In this document: in pieces, positions 18,509-28,767 of the stretch
Numbering within the stretch: position 1 is the first letter of the stretch
Layout of the letters: each line of letters begins with the position of its first letter
Assembly (NCBI GenBank): GCA_050246315.1
Contig: JBFWWG010000004.1
Coordinates: forward strand, 128,001 to 192,000
Direction of reading: 5' to 3'
DNA length: 64,000 nucleotides
DNA from: Nitrospiraceae bacterium
GTDB lineage: Bacteria; Nitrospirota; Nitrospiria; Nitrospirales; Nitrospiraceae
The notes under the pieces: model-generated
The model's database searches: none
What the model was told of the DNA's origin: nothing
The model's input: the letters and a program-made list of their open reading frames with translations, nothing else
Translations under genes and position numbers: made by a program

Positions 18509-21500
18509 GCCACAAGCGGTAGGCTGCCGGCTGCCGATAGGCCTTTCGCGAGATCATCCAGGCCCTCGAAGCCGGGATTGAGCACGCGGATCGTGTCGTA
18601 CTCTTTGCGCGCGGCCTCGACCCGACCCAGCCGCAGCAACGTGCCGGCAGAGGCAAACCGAGCAGACAAGTCACTGGGATTACGGGCGATGTACCGTTCC
18701 AGATCGTCCGACAATGGCTCCCATCGTCCGAGCGAGACGCCGACCCGAAGGAGCCAATGGAGAACCTCCTGATCGTCCGGATACTCGACCGACAGGTGCC
18801 GGCAGATATGCCAGGCTTTCTCTAACTGATTCTGCCCGACGACCGCCATACCCATCCCCAATTGAGATCGCTTGGCGTCGGCGCCGAGGCGGAATGCCCG
18901 CTCAAATTGCTTCTCCGCCTCGGCGAACTCTTGCCGCTGCATCGAGAGCACCGCCTGCATCAACCATCCCTCGGCATGATTAGGCATGAGTCCCAGCAGC
19001 GCGGATACATGCTCCTCGGCCTTTGCCACCGCGTCCTCTTCAAGTGCCATCCTGGCCAATGAGCAGTGCGCCTCCGCATCGTCCACGACCATGAGCACTC
19101 GCTCCCAAAAGAGACCGGAGAGGTCACGGGCGCCGACGATCCTGCAGACCATGGCGGCCCAACGGAGCACCCACTCGTCGTCAGGCCACTCTTGCACCCT
19201 GGCCAACAGGGATCGAAGACCCTCCCGCTCCTGCCGTTGCGCCAACCGTTGCGCCTCCGCAACCAGCTCCCAGCGCCTGCGTTCATTCGTATCGGTCAGA
19301 GGATCAAGCCTGGTCCGCATGATTTCGCCGTCCGCTGTTTGCCGGAACACCAGCCCATCCTCGACGTAGGCGATGTCTTCGTCGGGAATCCACCAGTGCT
19401 GCCCCCAGCGCTCAAGCAGACGCTTGGCGTTCTTGGCATCGTGGGCCTTTCGGCCGACACTCTGGCTTTCAAGATGGTACAGAACGCTCTTCGGCTGATA
19501 GACAACCCGCCAACCCCGCTCGCGGATCTTCAAGCAGAGATCCACGTCTTCAAAACTGTTGAGATAGCCCTCGTCGAATCCGCCCGCCGCCTCGAAGACT
19601 TCACGTCGAATCAACGTGCAGGCGGCCGTCACACACTGAAACTCCCGCCGCCGGTTCACGACCGGATGATCGCCCGGCAATTGCCGGTAAATGTGATAGG
19701 GCGTGAACATCACTTTTGAGAACACCACACCGGCATGTTGGATCGTGCCATCCTCGTACAACAACTTGCTGCCTACGACCGCCACCTCGGCATGGGTCTC
19801 CACTTCGTCCACCAAGGCTCGGAGCCAGCCTTCCAACGGAATCGTGTCGTTGTTCAAGAAGACGAGATACCGTCCGCGTGCCGTGGCGGCCCCGCGGTTA
19901 CAACTCTTGGCGAACCCACTGTTCGCATCATTCCGCACGATCTGGACATCGCCGCCGAGCGAGGTAAGAAACTCCTGAGTCTCGTCCGTGGAGCCGTCAT
20001 CTACGACGATCACTTCATACTCGACCCCGTGAGTGACCGCCGCCAAGGCCGAGAGGCATTGCCTGGTCAAGTTGACCTGGTTGAACACCGGCATAATGAT
20101 GGAAACATCATGACGATTTGCCGAAGAGGTCATCGGCGGCGGCTGTACTTGCAGAGCCTGCTGTATGGGCTCTTTCTGTTGCGAACCCAGACGGACTCCC
20201 TCCTGAAACGCCGAGGTGAGCAGGGCCTGGTAAAGGGGATAGAGCACGGTCCTGGCGTAGTAGTGGTCGAAGCCCATGTCCTGAATACGAAGAGCAGCCA
20301 TGCGCGAGACCGTCGGCTTTTCGACTTCCTTGAGCACCGAGAGGAGCAAGGCTATCCGATCTCGGCTGGAGGTGGAGGACCCCGAGTCTCGCGGCACTTC
20401 ATCGAGCCTCAACATCAGTTCGTTCAGAACCGGATGCTTGCCGGCCAACAACACCGCCATCTGTCCGGCCTTTCGCTGGCGCTCAACGAAGCTCTCCGGC
20501 GTGATCTCATGATGGTGTCTGGTCACCGCTAGTGGATTGAAATGAATCTGCATGCCTTGGTTCGCCAAACGATAGCCCAACTCTACATCGTCGAATGCGG
20601 GATACAGGAAATCCGGATCGAAGAGGGTCGTCTGCCGGTGCAAGAATGATCGTTTGAGGGAAAGATTGCTGGTGTAGAACAGGCGGAAATCCACCTTCCC
20701 GTTCTTGACCAGATGGTAGGCAAATTGCTGACCTCCTTCCGGCGAGACGATGAACTTCATGAAGGGCGTGACCGTAATCTCAGGAGACCAATCGATGAAC
20801 CCCAGCATGGCCTCCGACTCCACCGGATGTTTCCGATGAAATGTCGCATGAGCCTCCAGGAAGCCAGGCTCGGGGATCATGTCGTCACCAGTAATGACGA
20901 CGACGTGCCCCTGAGCGGCGCGGATGCCCTCATTGCGGGCGGCATTGGCGCCTCCATGCGGCCGAGTGACGACGCGGAGGGCAAACGGCAGCTTCATGCA
21001 ACGGATCATGGAGGCGGTGTCGTCCGTGGACCCGTCGTCGACCAGCAGCACCTCGAACCGATCAGGGGAGAACGTCTGTGAAGCAAACCCCAAGAGCGTC
21101 TTCCTGACGATCACCTGTCGATTATAGGTTGGAATGACGACGCTTAGTTCGGGAGCGGAGCGGAGTTGCTCGTGATCCAAATCGGAACTGGCCCGCGCAT
21201 TCCATGCTTCCGTCCGAGAGATCCCGGCAATACCGGATTGCGCAGCTTCCGCGTCACGGATCGCTTCGACAACGGGGTCCAACCGATAGGCCCACCGAAG
21301 TACCTGATCGTAATGTTGTGCCGTCACGTGCTCGACAAGGGGCGATGGCCCTTCCCCGAGCCGTCGCTGCAGGATCGCAAACCCCTCCTCCAGGAACTGT
21401 TTCCCCGTGATCAGATCCTCGCGGGACAATTGCGGCGTGTGCATCGGCACCTGATGCCCCCCGTAGTCGCCCCACCGCATCGAGTCGATCCAGCCCTTTC

Positions 21501-22695
21501 GGAGCGCCTCTTCGTAGAGCGGAGTGCCAGGATAGGGTGTAATAATCGTCACGCCGATCGTATCGGGCTGATACCGTTGGATCAGGTCGTAGGTGGCGAC
21601 AATGGATTCGCGCGTTTCTTTAGGCAGCCCCACGATCAACAGGAAATGCAGGCGAATCCCCAGACGCCGGGCCTTGTCGCGCACGTGGGCCAATCGCGGC
21701 ACGGTGAGTCCCTTCTTGCCCTCCCGGTGATGCATCACGGCTTCGTCGCCGGTTTCCACGCCGATCAGGATGCCGACGCAGCCTGCGGCGCGCATCTTTT
21801 CCATCAGCCCGTCGCTGAGGCAATCCACACGGGTTTCGCACATCCAATCCAACGTCCAACCCGCCCTCACGATCAGATCGCAGAGACGCTCAATCCGTTC
21901 CTGGTTGAGTGTGAAGGTCGCGTCGCGGAAATAGAGTTTGGTGATGCCCTGCCGCTCGACGATTTCCTTGATCTCGGCTGCGATGCGTTCGGGACTTTGC
22001 GACCGCCACTTCACACCCTCGACCAGCGGATAGGGACAGAAATAGCCGCAGGGATAGGGACAGCCCCGGCTCGTCTGGAGCGTGGCAACCGGCGATCCAA
22101 GCAGTGGATAGACGTACTGCTGGTTTGGCAGCAGATCCCTCGCAGGAAAGGGAAGGCGATTCAAATCAGTAACCGGCTCGCCTTCTTCGAAACGGAGGCT
22201 CGTGCTATCCGAGCCGTCGTCCTGCCCCAGCCAGGCGCACCCTTTCCTCGACCGCCCTGCGGCCAAGTCCACGATCGACAGGTCCGCTTCTCCGTGGATC
22301 ACGAGATCGGCACCGCTCCGCCCGAGCAATGCCTCAAGCGTGCGGTGGTCGCGAATCAAGGTCTTGGCAAACACCTTGGCATCGGGATGCCGTCGGCGCA
22401 GCTCAGCGAGGAACGCCGCATCGGCATCAAGAGTCGGCAAGGCGACGGTGGCCAACAGGACATCCCATGTCCGGCCCTCCAGCCGCCGATAGACGCCGGC
22501 CTCGTCCAGGCGCAGTGGATCAGCGTCGATTAGTTCTACCGATTCCCCGACTTGGCGCAAGGAGGATGCCATCGTCGCCAGATCAAGCGGCGGCAACAAC
22601 AGGTGGTCGCCGCCATCGAACCCCAATCCACCAGCCATACTCCGGCTGACGGGCCGACGCGCCAAGGACGGGCTGTTGATCAACACGATGTGCAT
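18505..22695 (-). CDS. Fusion: B12-binding radical SAM + GT2 + GT2 + TPR repeats (1396 aa)
   Basis: PPLDLA B12-domain start, RGCPYPCGYFC and TPYPGTPLY. Two GT2 domains (SVVIPTYNR..VDDGSTD; SIIMPVFN..VDDGSTD..FLNND..FEDVDLC). C-terminal TPR-like helices. Confidence 0.9.
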   Translation of the reverse strand: MHIVLINSPSLARRPVSRSMAGGLGFDGGDHLLLPPLDLATMASSLRQVGESVELIDADPLRLDEAGVYRRLEGRTWDVLLATVALPTLDADAAFLAELRRRHPDAKVFAKTLIRDHRTLEALLGRSGADLVIHGEADLSIVDLAAGRSRKGCAWLGQDDGSDSTSLRFEEGEPVTDLNRLPFPARDLLPNQQYVYPLLGSPVATLQTSRGCPYPCGYFCPYPLVEGVKWRSQSPERIAAEIKEIVERQGITKLYFRDATFTLNQERIERLCDLIVRAGWTLDWMCETRVDCLSDGLMEKMRAAGCVGILIGVETGDEAVMHHREGKKGLTVPRLAHVRDKARRLGIRLHFLLIVGLPKETRESIVATYDLIQRYQPDTIGVTIITPYPGTPLYEEALRKGWIDSMRWGDYGGHQVPMHTPQLSREDLITGKQFLEEGFAILQRRLGEGPSPLVEHVTAQHYDQVLRWAYRLDPVVEAIRDAEAAQSGIAGISRTEAWNARASSDLDHEQLRSAPELSVVIPTYNRQVIVRKTLLGFASQTFSPDRFEVLLVDDGSTDDTASMIRCMKLPFALRVVTRPHGGANAARNEGIRAAQGHVVVITGDDMIPEPGFLEAHATFHRKHPVESEAMLGFIDWSPEITVTPFMKFIVSPEGGQQFAYHLVKNGKVDFRLFYTSNLSLKRSFLHRQTTLFDPDFLYPAFDDVELGYRLANQGMQIHFNPLAVTRHHHEITPESFVERQRKAGQMAVLLAGKHPVLNELMLRLDEVPRDSGSSTSSRDRIALLLSVLKEVEKPTVSRMAALRIQDMGFDHYYARTVLYPLYQALLTSAFQEGVRLGSQQKEPIQQALQVQPPPMTSSANRHDVSIIMPVFNQVNLTRQCLSALAAVTHGVEYEVIVVDDGSTDETQEFLTSLGGDVQIVRNDANSGFAKSCNRGAATARGRYLVFLNNDTIPLEGWLRALVDEVETHAEVAVVGSKLLYEDGTIQHAGVVFSKVMFTPYHIYRQLPGDHPVVNRRREFQCVTAACTLIRREVFEAAGGFDEGYLNSFEDVDLCLKIRERGWRVVYQPKSVLYHLESQSVGRKAHDAKNAKRLLERWGQHWWIPDEDIAYVEDGLVFRQTADGEIMRTRLDPLTDTNERRRWELVAEAQRLAQRQEREGLRSLLARVQEWPDDEWVLRWAAMVCRIVGARDLSGLFWERVLMVVDDAEAHCSLARMALEEDAVAKAEEHVSALLGLMPNHAEGWLMQAVLSMQRQEFAEAEKQFERAFRLGADAKRSQLGMGMAVVGQNQLEKAWHICRHLSVEYPDDQEVLHWLLRVGVSLGRWEPLSDDLERYIARNPSDLSARFASAGTLLRLGRVEAARKEYDTIRVLNPGFEGLDDLAKGLSAAGSLPLVA

Positions 22696-22854
22696 GAGGC
22701 CTCCATACCACGCTTGCTAAATCCGGCTCCCCTCAGATTGTTCTTGCCAGTCGGATCAAGACATCCAGTGATCATTTTATCTTTCATACCAACTTTCAAT
22801 TGATCAGTTGATCAGGCCGCATCTCGATAGTTTTCGCCAGTCAAAGAGCAGCCT

Positions 22855-24180
22855 TCACGAGCTCGTTCTCTCGGGCGACAGACCACCCAGCGTAACCAGT
22901 TGGGATTCAGGCCCGCCCTGATGGGCAAGAGATACGGCCTTGTTCAGCCACTGATAATCGACGTGCTTCACCTTGGCTTCGTTGGGCGTACGGCAGGAGC
23001 CGTTGTAGGGATCCACCATGATCAACCCTTGCAGCTCTAATTCGGCCGCCATGCCACTGCCAGGAGTAGGCGTGAAAAAGCTCGTGCTCAGGTGATCCGG
23101 CTTGATTTTCCAGACCATACGCACGGTGTCCGCAGTTTCGGATCGGCTCTCGCCCGGCGCGCCGAACATGATATTGGCCCAGACCTTGACACCGTTCTCC
23201 TTGCAGATGACTGCCGCCTTCAGATTCTCCTCGACCGTTGTTTCCTTCTCAAACAGGTCGAGGATTCTCTGACTGCCGCTCTCAAACCCGATCATCGCCC
23301 AGGCCAGACCGGTCTCGGCCATCTGGGCGACCACATCCGGATAGCGGCAGATCAGATCGGCCCGCATCTGGCAGATATAGGGTTCGGTGAATCCGGCAGC
23401 CCGGTACTGGCGGCAGAATTCGCGGGTCCAGCGGTGGTTGATGAAGAACAGATCATCGTGGGCCATCCAACTGCGAAAGTGAAAGCGATGCTTGAGCTCG
23501 CGCAGCTCACTAATGACGTTTGCCTGGCTGCGCATTTTTACCCGATTGCCAAAGACGGCGCGCTCGGCAGGCTGGCAGAAATTGCACTTGAAGGGGCAGC
23601 CTCGTCCGGCGTTCGTCGTGACGAACGGCGTGGGTAGCCGCGGGACCATGGGAGTCTGAAGTTCCCCCGTGATGTCGAAGAGATCACGGTCCACCCAGGG
23701 GATCTCATCCAGCACCGGCGGTTCGCCGACAATAACCCGGTCGACTGACTCGCCCCGCTCCAGTGTTGCGAGCAACTTGGGAAAACTGATTTCCCCTTCT
23801 TGTGTGATGATGTGATCGATCAATCGATTCGACGACACCTGTTGGAATTGGACCGTCGCATGGACCCCCCCGATCACGACGACGGCATCCTCGTGCTCCT
23901 CCTTGATAATCCGGATCGCCCGCACGGCGTCGGGATAGTGTAGGCTCCAGGAGGTGACGCCCCAGACTCTCGTCATCCTCCTCGCCACCTCCTCTCGAAA
24001 CTGTCCCCAGCCGCCGAGAGTGCGGAGGTCGATCAGGTCGACGGTATGGCCATGAGCCTTGACGGCTGCGCTAAGCGATGCCAGGCCATGGTCGATAAAA
24101 TTCGCCTCAATTGTCGGCTTCTTCTTGAAGCTGTCAAATCCCGGGAGCGCAACTCCAGGGAAGATCAGTGTGACGTGCAT
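22855..24180 (-). CDS. B12-binding radical SAM protein (class B methyltransferase-like)
   Basis: IGGVHAT, EGE, RGCPFKCNFC, GFESGSQRIL and TPTPGS motifs. Start at ATG 24180. Confidence 0.9.
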   Translation of the reverse strand: MHVTLIFPGVALPGFDSFKKKPTIEANFIDHGLASLSAAVKAHGHTVDLIDLRTLGGWGQFREEVARRMTRVWGVTSWSLHYPDAVRAIRIIKEEHEDAVVVIGGVHATVQFQQVSSNRLIDHIITQEGEISFPKLLATLERGESVDRVIVGEPPVLDEIPWVDRDLFDITGELQTPMVPRLPTPFVTTNAGRGCPFKCNFCQPAERAVFGNRVKMRSQANVISELRELKHRFHFRSWMAHDDLFFINHRWTREFCRQYRAAGFTEPYICQMRADLICRYPDVVAQMAETGLAWAMIGFESGSQRILDLFEKETTVEENLKAAVICKENGVKVWANIMFGAPGESRSETADTVRMVWKIKPDHLSTSFFTPTPGSGMAAELELQGLIMVDPYNGSCRTPNEAKVKHVDYQWLNKAVSLAHQGGPESQLVTLGGLSPERTSS

Positions 24181-25247
24181 GATTGGAGTCCTCGCTGCCG
24201 AACCGAACGAAGCAGTGAAGCCAGCCGGCCTGCCTCGTGGTACCACTGGAGTGTGGCGGCCAGGCCACGGCGGAGCGACCATCGGCCGTAGAACCCGATC
24301 TCCCGCTTGAGTTTGTCATTGTCATAGAGACGGTGACAGCGGTCCGCCTCGCCCATCAACAGATAGGCAAAATCTGGCGCAACCGGCGCATGTGCCGAGT
24401 CGTCCGACAGCCCGGCCAAACGGGTGGCCAGCAGATCTCGCTGGCCCAGCAAGGCAGTGAGGTGATCGAGGTACTCTTCAACGGAAACCGGTGCGTCACC
24501 CGTCAGGTTATATAACCCGGTCAGTCGTGCCTCGACTGATCTCCAGACGCCCTCTACCAGATCGTCCACATAGAGCGGCTGGAAACGCCGGTGCCTGAGT
24601 CGAGGCCAGATCGGGTGGAAGGAGGTCACGCCCAACAGCGTCATCAAGGATGATTCCAACATCCATGCGCTGCCGGGCCCATAGATATTGCCGATTCTCA
24701 AGACGAGAGCCTCCCGCCCAGGTTGCTTTCCCCAGACGGTGACCAAATCTTCGGCTGCCTGTTTCGATCGCCCGTAGGCCGACACTGGACGACAGGGGAC
24801 TTCCTCCTTGAGCGGACCCTGTTGATCGGAGGTCAAGCCTTGCGCTTCGATGCTGCTCGCATAGACGAAATACGGCACACCGAGCGCCGTGGCGAGATCG
24901 AGCGCCCGCTGCGACCCATTCACATTGCTAGTCTGGAGCGTCGAAGCATGCAAGGCGGTCTCGGCCGCAAAGTGCACCATGAAATCCGGCCGGCCGAGCT
25001 TGGCCAGGTGGGCTGTCTTGGATGGATCGATTGGATCAATCGGATCATCCGGACTCCCGAGATCGCAGGAAACGATCAGCGCCCCTCGGGATGACAGATC
25101 TCTGGCCGATGGTGTCTCGGTCCGTCTGGCCAACACGGTCACGCGAGAACCGGCGTCCAACAACTTGCGAGCCAGGTGCGAGCCCAAGAATCCCGTGCCG
25201 CCCGTCAGAAGGACATTCCATGGTTTCTGTCGCCGGATTGGCTCCAT
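24165..25247 (-). CDS. NAD-dependent epimerase/dehydratase (extended SDR)
   Basis: TGGTGFLG, YGRSK (YxxxK) and LRIGNIYGP. Confidence 0.9.
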   Translation of the reverse strand: MEPIRRQKPWNVLLTGGTGFLGSHLARKLLDAGSRVTVLARRTETPSARDLSSRGALIVSCDLGSPDDPIDPIDPSKTAHLAKLGRPDFMVHFAAETALHASTLQTSNVNGSQRALDLATALGVPYFVYASSIEAQGLTSDQQGPLKEEVPCRPVSAYGRSKQAAEDLVTVWGKQPGREALVLRIGNIYGPGSAWMLESSLMTLLGVTSFHPIWPRLRHRRFQPLYVDDLVEGVWRSVEARLTGLYNLTGDAPVSVEEYLDHLTALLGQRDLLATRLAGLSDDSAHAPVAPDFAYLLMGEADRCHRLYDNDKLKREIGFYGRWSLRRGLAATLQWYHEAGRLASLLRSVRQRGLQSCTSH

Positions 25248-25457
25248 GCACGCTCCTTCGTTCTCGAAACGCCAGCCTTGAAGGAGAGCAAACCTTAGAC
25301 CACGAGGGCCGGCACTTCGGGCTCCCTATATTTCAACCGGTTATCAACGGCGATCGGAGGGCCTGGCTCTGCTGAAGAAAGCGGGGAGGAAAAAACTTCC
25401 TGGATCAGAGCGGCAAGAACGGACCCGGTCGTTTTGGGTGGCTTCCTACGAAGCGAC

Positions 25458-26849
25458 CTACGCTGCCGCTTCGAGCACGGCGTTCGGCATCACACCAAGC
25501 CGGCCTGCGTCGAGCACCTCCGTGATGCGCTTGATGGGCTTCGTGGCCTGCATCGAGAGATCCAGCGTCTGGGGCGCCACGTTCGGACCCGCAGTCGATT
25601 CCCGGATAACGACCACGACCGGGTTCAAGGTCTGCGCCTGATTCATCCGCGAGACAATGGCGACTTCGCCGGTGTTGAGCTGAACACACGACCCCACGGG
25701 ATAGATGCCGATGCACCGGATCAATCGTTCCACAAAGGCCGCATCCAACAGACCTCGGCGCGTCATGTCATAGAGCATCTGGAGCGCGTGATGCGGGGTC
25801 ACAGCTTTTCGATACGGGCGATCGCTTGTCAGTGCATCGTAGACATCCACAACCCCGGCGATCATCCCGAATTCCGAAAGCTGATGCCGCTTCCTGCCAT
25901 AGGGATACCCCGAGCCGTCAAGACGTTCATGATGTTCCAGAACGGGAAGCAGGACCGGTGGTTCGACCCTCACCGTTTCGCTCAAGTATTCAGCCCCCTG
26001 CTCCACATGTCGTTTCACCTGCGCAAAATCGTCCTCCTCCAATCGGCCGGCTCGATTTAGCACCTCAACGGGCAACTGCATTTTCCCGATGTCATGCAGC
26101 AACATGCCGAACGCGAGTCGCTGGAGGTCGTCGCGATTCATGCGCAGATTCCGGCCCACGGCCAAGGCCAGGACACACGTGTTGACCGAATGGTAATAGG
26201 TGTACTCGTCGAAACTCTTCAGTCGTACCAAGCTCGTCAGCGCGTCCGGATTTCGAAGGACACTCCCGACCAGCACATCCACAGCCGTGACCACGGCCTC
26301 GGAATTGAAGGCGCGTCCCATCTTCGCATCGGCCATAGCCTGCTGAACCATCTGCTTTGTTTGTTGATAGCCGGCCTTCGCAACCTCCAGTTCCTGTTCA
26401 AACGGGCTGGGTGTCAGATCGAACGCCTCGCCTGGTCGAACGGCAATTGTTGCCTCCGGGTCGGAGTCGGTGACGGCGGCAGCACCAGCTCTACCAGGAG
26501 ATACAACGGATCCTGCGACTGTCATCGTTCTCCCAGAGGCAGGCGGCGATGCCGGTCCGTTCCAGTGAGCACGTTGCGAAACCGGGTTATTCGATTGGGT
26601 TTCAATGGGAATACCCTGCGACTCATCGCATTGTGGCACAGCCTCTGGCGACGAAGCGGCCTTCTTGTCCTCGGTTCCTTCGATTTCAATTTCGACGATT
26701 TTGACTCCGCAGGCCCTGACCATCTCCACATCCGCCTGTGTCGTCATTCTCATTCGATGGGAAACAAATGGGGTGGCATACCATGGCTTGTCCAGACTCG
26801 TGACCAACATACCGACTGACAGTTTCGTAACAGGGATTTTTGTCCTCAT
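25458..26849 (-). CDS. HD-GYP c-di-GMP phosphodiesterase with a DUF3391-like N-terminus
   Basis: LLHDIGK, HHERLDGSGYPYG and DVYDALTSDRPYR; N-terminus KIPVTKLSVGM...W..PF. Confidence 0.92.
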   Translation of the reverse strand: MRTKIPVTKLSVGMLVTSLDKPWYATPFVSHRMRMTTQADVEMVRACGVKIVEIEIEGTEDKKAASSPEAVPQCDESQGIPIETQSNNPVSQRAHWNGPASPPASGRTMTVAGSVVSPGRAGAAAVTDSDPEATIAVRPGEAFDLTPSPFEQELEVAKAGYQQTKQMVQQAMADAKMGRAFNSEAVVTAVDVLVGSVLRNPDALTSLVRLKSFDEYTYYHSVNTCVLALAVGRNLRMNRDDLQRLAFGMLLHDIGKMQLPVEVLNRAGRLEEDDFAQVKRHVEQGAEYLSETVRVEPPVLLPVLEHHERLDGSGYPYGRKRHQLSEFGMIAGVVDVYDALTSDRPYRKAVTPHHALQMLYDMTRRGLLDAAFVERLIRCIGIYPVGSCVQLNTGEVAIVSRMNQAQTLNPVVVVIRESTAGPNVAPQTLDLSMQATKPIKRITEVLDAGRLGVMPNAVLEAAA

Positions 26850-26942
26850 CCTTCATCCTTTACATGAATGATGAATGACCTGATCTCGCATAAGTGAGCG
26901 GGGCTCCACAGTGATGTGCGAGCAAGATATCCACCCGCTTCT

Positions 26943-26970
26943 CTATCGGTCGGGCCGGTTGCAGGCTTGA
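26943..26970 (-). promoter_or_regulatory. sigma28 promoter for the HD-GYP gene
   Basis: TCAAGCCT-N12-ACCGATAG overlapping the fliW stop codon. Confidence 0.7.
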
Positions 26971-27470
26971 GTGAAGCCCCGTGGTCCGGAGAGGTCAACC
27001 GGCGCGCAGACATGGCCCGGCTCCCTCGGCTTGATCGACGGCTGCGACCACACCGGAAACCTGGTTGGAAGATCGTCAGGGAGAATCAATTGCTTGGCGA
27101 AACGGGTGCGCTCATTCACGATGACGGGGCCGCGAAGATTAGCGGTGATGCCATGCGGATCCGCACCCCGAAGCGTCAGGATCACGAAGACGACGGCATC
27201 GGAGAGAGTCTGCAGTTCAAGCTCAGCGAGTTCCTGGGGTTGCAACATCACACGGTATTCGCAGGAAAGATCGCCGGGGTCCATGATTACAAAAGCTAAC
27301 GCCGGGTCATCGACGGCTTGCAGCCACTTGAATAGAGCCGGCCGATCATGGTCCAGAATTACGAACCGAGTGGCGTGCGGAAACCCGACGATGCCAGACG
27401 GCATCGTCAACAGAGTCCGCTCGTCAACCGCGATAGCGCCGAAACGGTCTGTCGTCACACGAATCGACAT
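26943..27470 (-). CDS. fliW: Flagellar assembly factor FliW (CsrA antagonist)
   Basis: TDRFG, GIVGF, FKWLQ..DDP.LAF and TANLRGPVIVN motifs. Confidence 0.93.
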   Translation of the reverse strand: MSIRVTTDRFGAIAVDERTLLTMPSGIVGFPHATRFVILDHDRPALFKWLQAVDDPALAFVIMDPGDLSCEYRVMLQPQELAELELQTLSDAVVFVILTLRGADPHGITANLRGPVIVNERTRFAKQLILPDDLPTRFPVWSQPSIKPREPGHVCAPVDLSGPRGFTQACNRPDR

Positions 27471-27756
27471 TGGAAGATCCTTCTCCAGTCTGAGCAGGCG
27501 TGGCCATCCCGACCTGCGTCCGACGCGACCGCGGAGGCGTCAGTCGTTCAAGCTCAACGGTGCTCAATGGATCGGCGGACGCGGCAAGACGGTTCTGCTC
27601 TCGAATGCGCGCATACACTTCATCTCTGTGCACTTCGACCGAACGCGGGGCATCGATCCCTAGACGCACGATGCCTCCCTTCACCTGAAGCACCACCACC
27701 CGGATGTCCGAGCCGATCGTGATTGCTTCCCCCGTCTTGCGCGTCAGTGCCAACAC
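27424..27756 (-). CDS. csrA: Translational regulator CsrA with C-terminal extension
   Basis: MLALTRKTGEAITIG..VRLGIDAP..VHRDEVY. Confidence 0.95.
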   Translation of the reverse strand: MLALTRKTGEAITIGSDIRVVVLQVKGGIVRLGIDAPRSVEVHRDEVYARIREQNRLAASADPLSTVELERLTPPRSRRTQVGMATPAQTGEGSSNVDSCDDRPFRRYRG

Positions 27757-27796
27757 CGTCGCCGTCCTTGGATCAACTTCAACCGTCTGGGGAACC

Positions 27797-27824
27797 CTAT
27801 CGGTTGGCTGAAGGCTTGACTTAA
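27797..27824 (-). promoter_or_regulatory. sigma28 promoter for csrA-fliW
   Basis: TTAAGTCA-N12-ACCGATAG. Confidence 0.7.
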
Positions 27825-27836
27825 CTCGTTTGGATT

Positions 27837-28727
27837 CTATCGGAGGAAATTCAACAGACTGGTACTGAACATGCGACTCAGTGTGGCGTTGGCCGCTTCC
27901 ATGGCCAGCTCGTTGCGGCTGAGATCCGAAATCGCTTTAGCGAGATCGGTATCTTCACGATCGGAGATCGCCCGGGTGACGAGTTCGGTCGCGCGCGCCA
28001 GCCATTCTCCGACGACATCCATTCGATTCACAAGCGCTCCAATTTCTCCCTGGGCATTGTTCACTTGTGCCATCGCTTGATCCAGGTTGCCGATTCCCGC
28101 CTCAATTCCCGCCTGGTTGTTGCCTTCCATGGCCGCAAGGAGGTCCCGCAGAGAGTTGAACAAATTGGTCGTAGGCCCGGAGAAGATTTGGCTACCGGGG
28201 ATAGTGTCATCGATCGTCTGGCTCTCCCCAACCTCGATAGCATGTCGCTCGCCATTGCCCTGATAGACAACATTGTCGCCGGTCGTCACCGCATAGGGCA
28301 CGGCATCGGTATCGGTGCCAGCGAAAATCGCCTGGCCATCCAACTCGCTATTGGCCAACTGTAACAAGTGACGATGTAACTGTCTGACCTCCTGAGCGAT
28401 CGTCGCACGTTGTTCCGCGGAAGTCGTACCGCTCGCCGCCTGGATGGTGAGTTCCTTCACGCGGGTCAACACCGTCGTGACTTGCGTCAATGTTGCGTCG
28501 GAGAGTTCCAGGCGCTGCCTGCCGAAGTTGATATTCCGGCTCCACTGTTCGTTGCGGGACAACTCCGTGCGACCGGCCAAGACCTGATTGAACGAACTCG
28601 GATCATCCGACGGTTTGAGCAGGCGCTTTTGGGAAGAAATCTGCTCCTGTGCAGACAGGATACGCCATCGGGTGCGCTGCATGTTTCCGAACAACGTATT
28701 GAACACCTGGTTATCCGCAACTCTCAT
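27837..28727 (-). CDS. flgL: Hook-associated protein 3 FlgL
   Basis: QISSQKRLLKPSDDP, AIFAGT and SLLNFLR. ATG 28727 follows GAGGA. Confidence 0.93.
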   Translation of the reverse strand: MRVADNQVFNTLFGNMQRTRWRILSAQEQISSQKRLLKPSDDPSSFNQVLAGRTELSRNEQWSRNINFGRQRLELSDATLTQVTTVLTRVKELTIQAASGTTSAEQRATIAQEVRQLHRHLLQLANSELDGQAIFAGTDTDAVPYAVTTGDNVVYQGNGERHAIEVGESQTIDDTIPGSQIFSGPTTNLFNSLRDLLAAMEGNNQAGIEAGIGNLDQAMAQVNNAQGEIGALVNRMDVVGEWLARATELVTRAISDREDTDLAKAISDLSRNELAMEAANATLSRMFSTSLLNFLR

Positions 28728-28767
28728 GAGATTCCTCGCAGTGAACTGCCCTTCACTCACCCACCGA

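Noticed and set aside
22696..22854. AT-rich spacer as a sigma70 promoter (TTGAAA...TAAAAT)
   Set aside because: The spacing is only 14 nt, so a promoter call cannot be supported.
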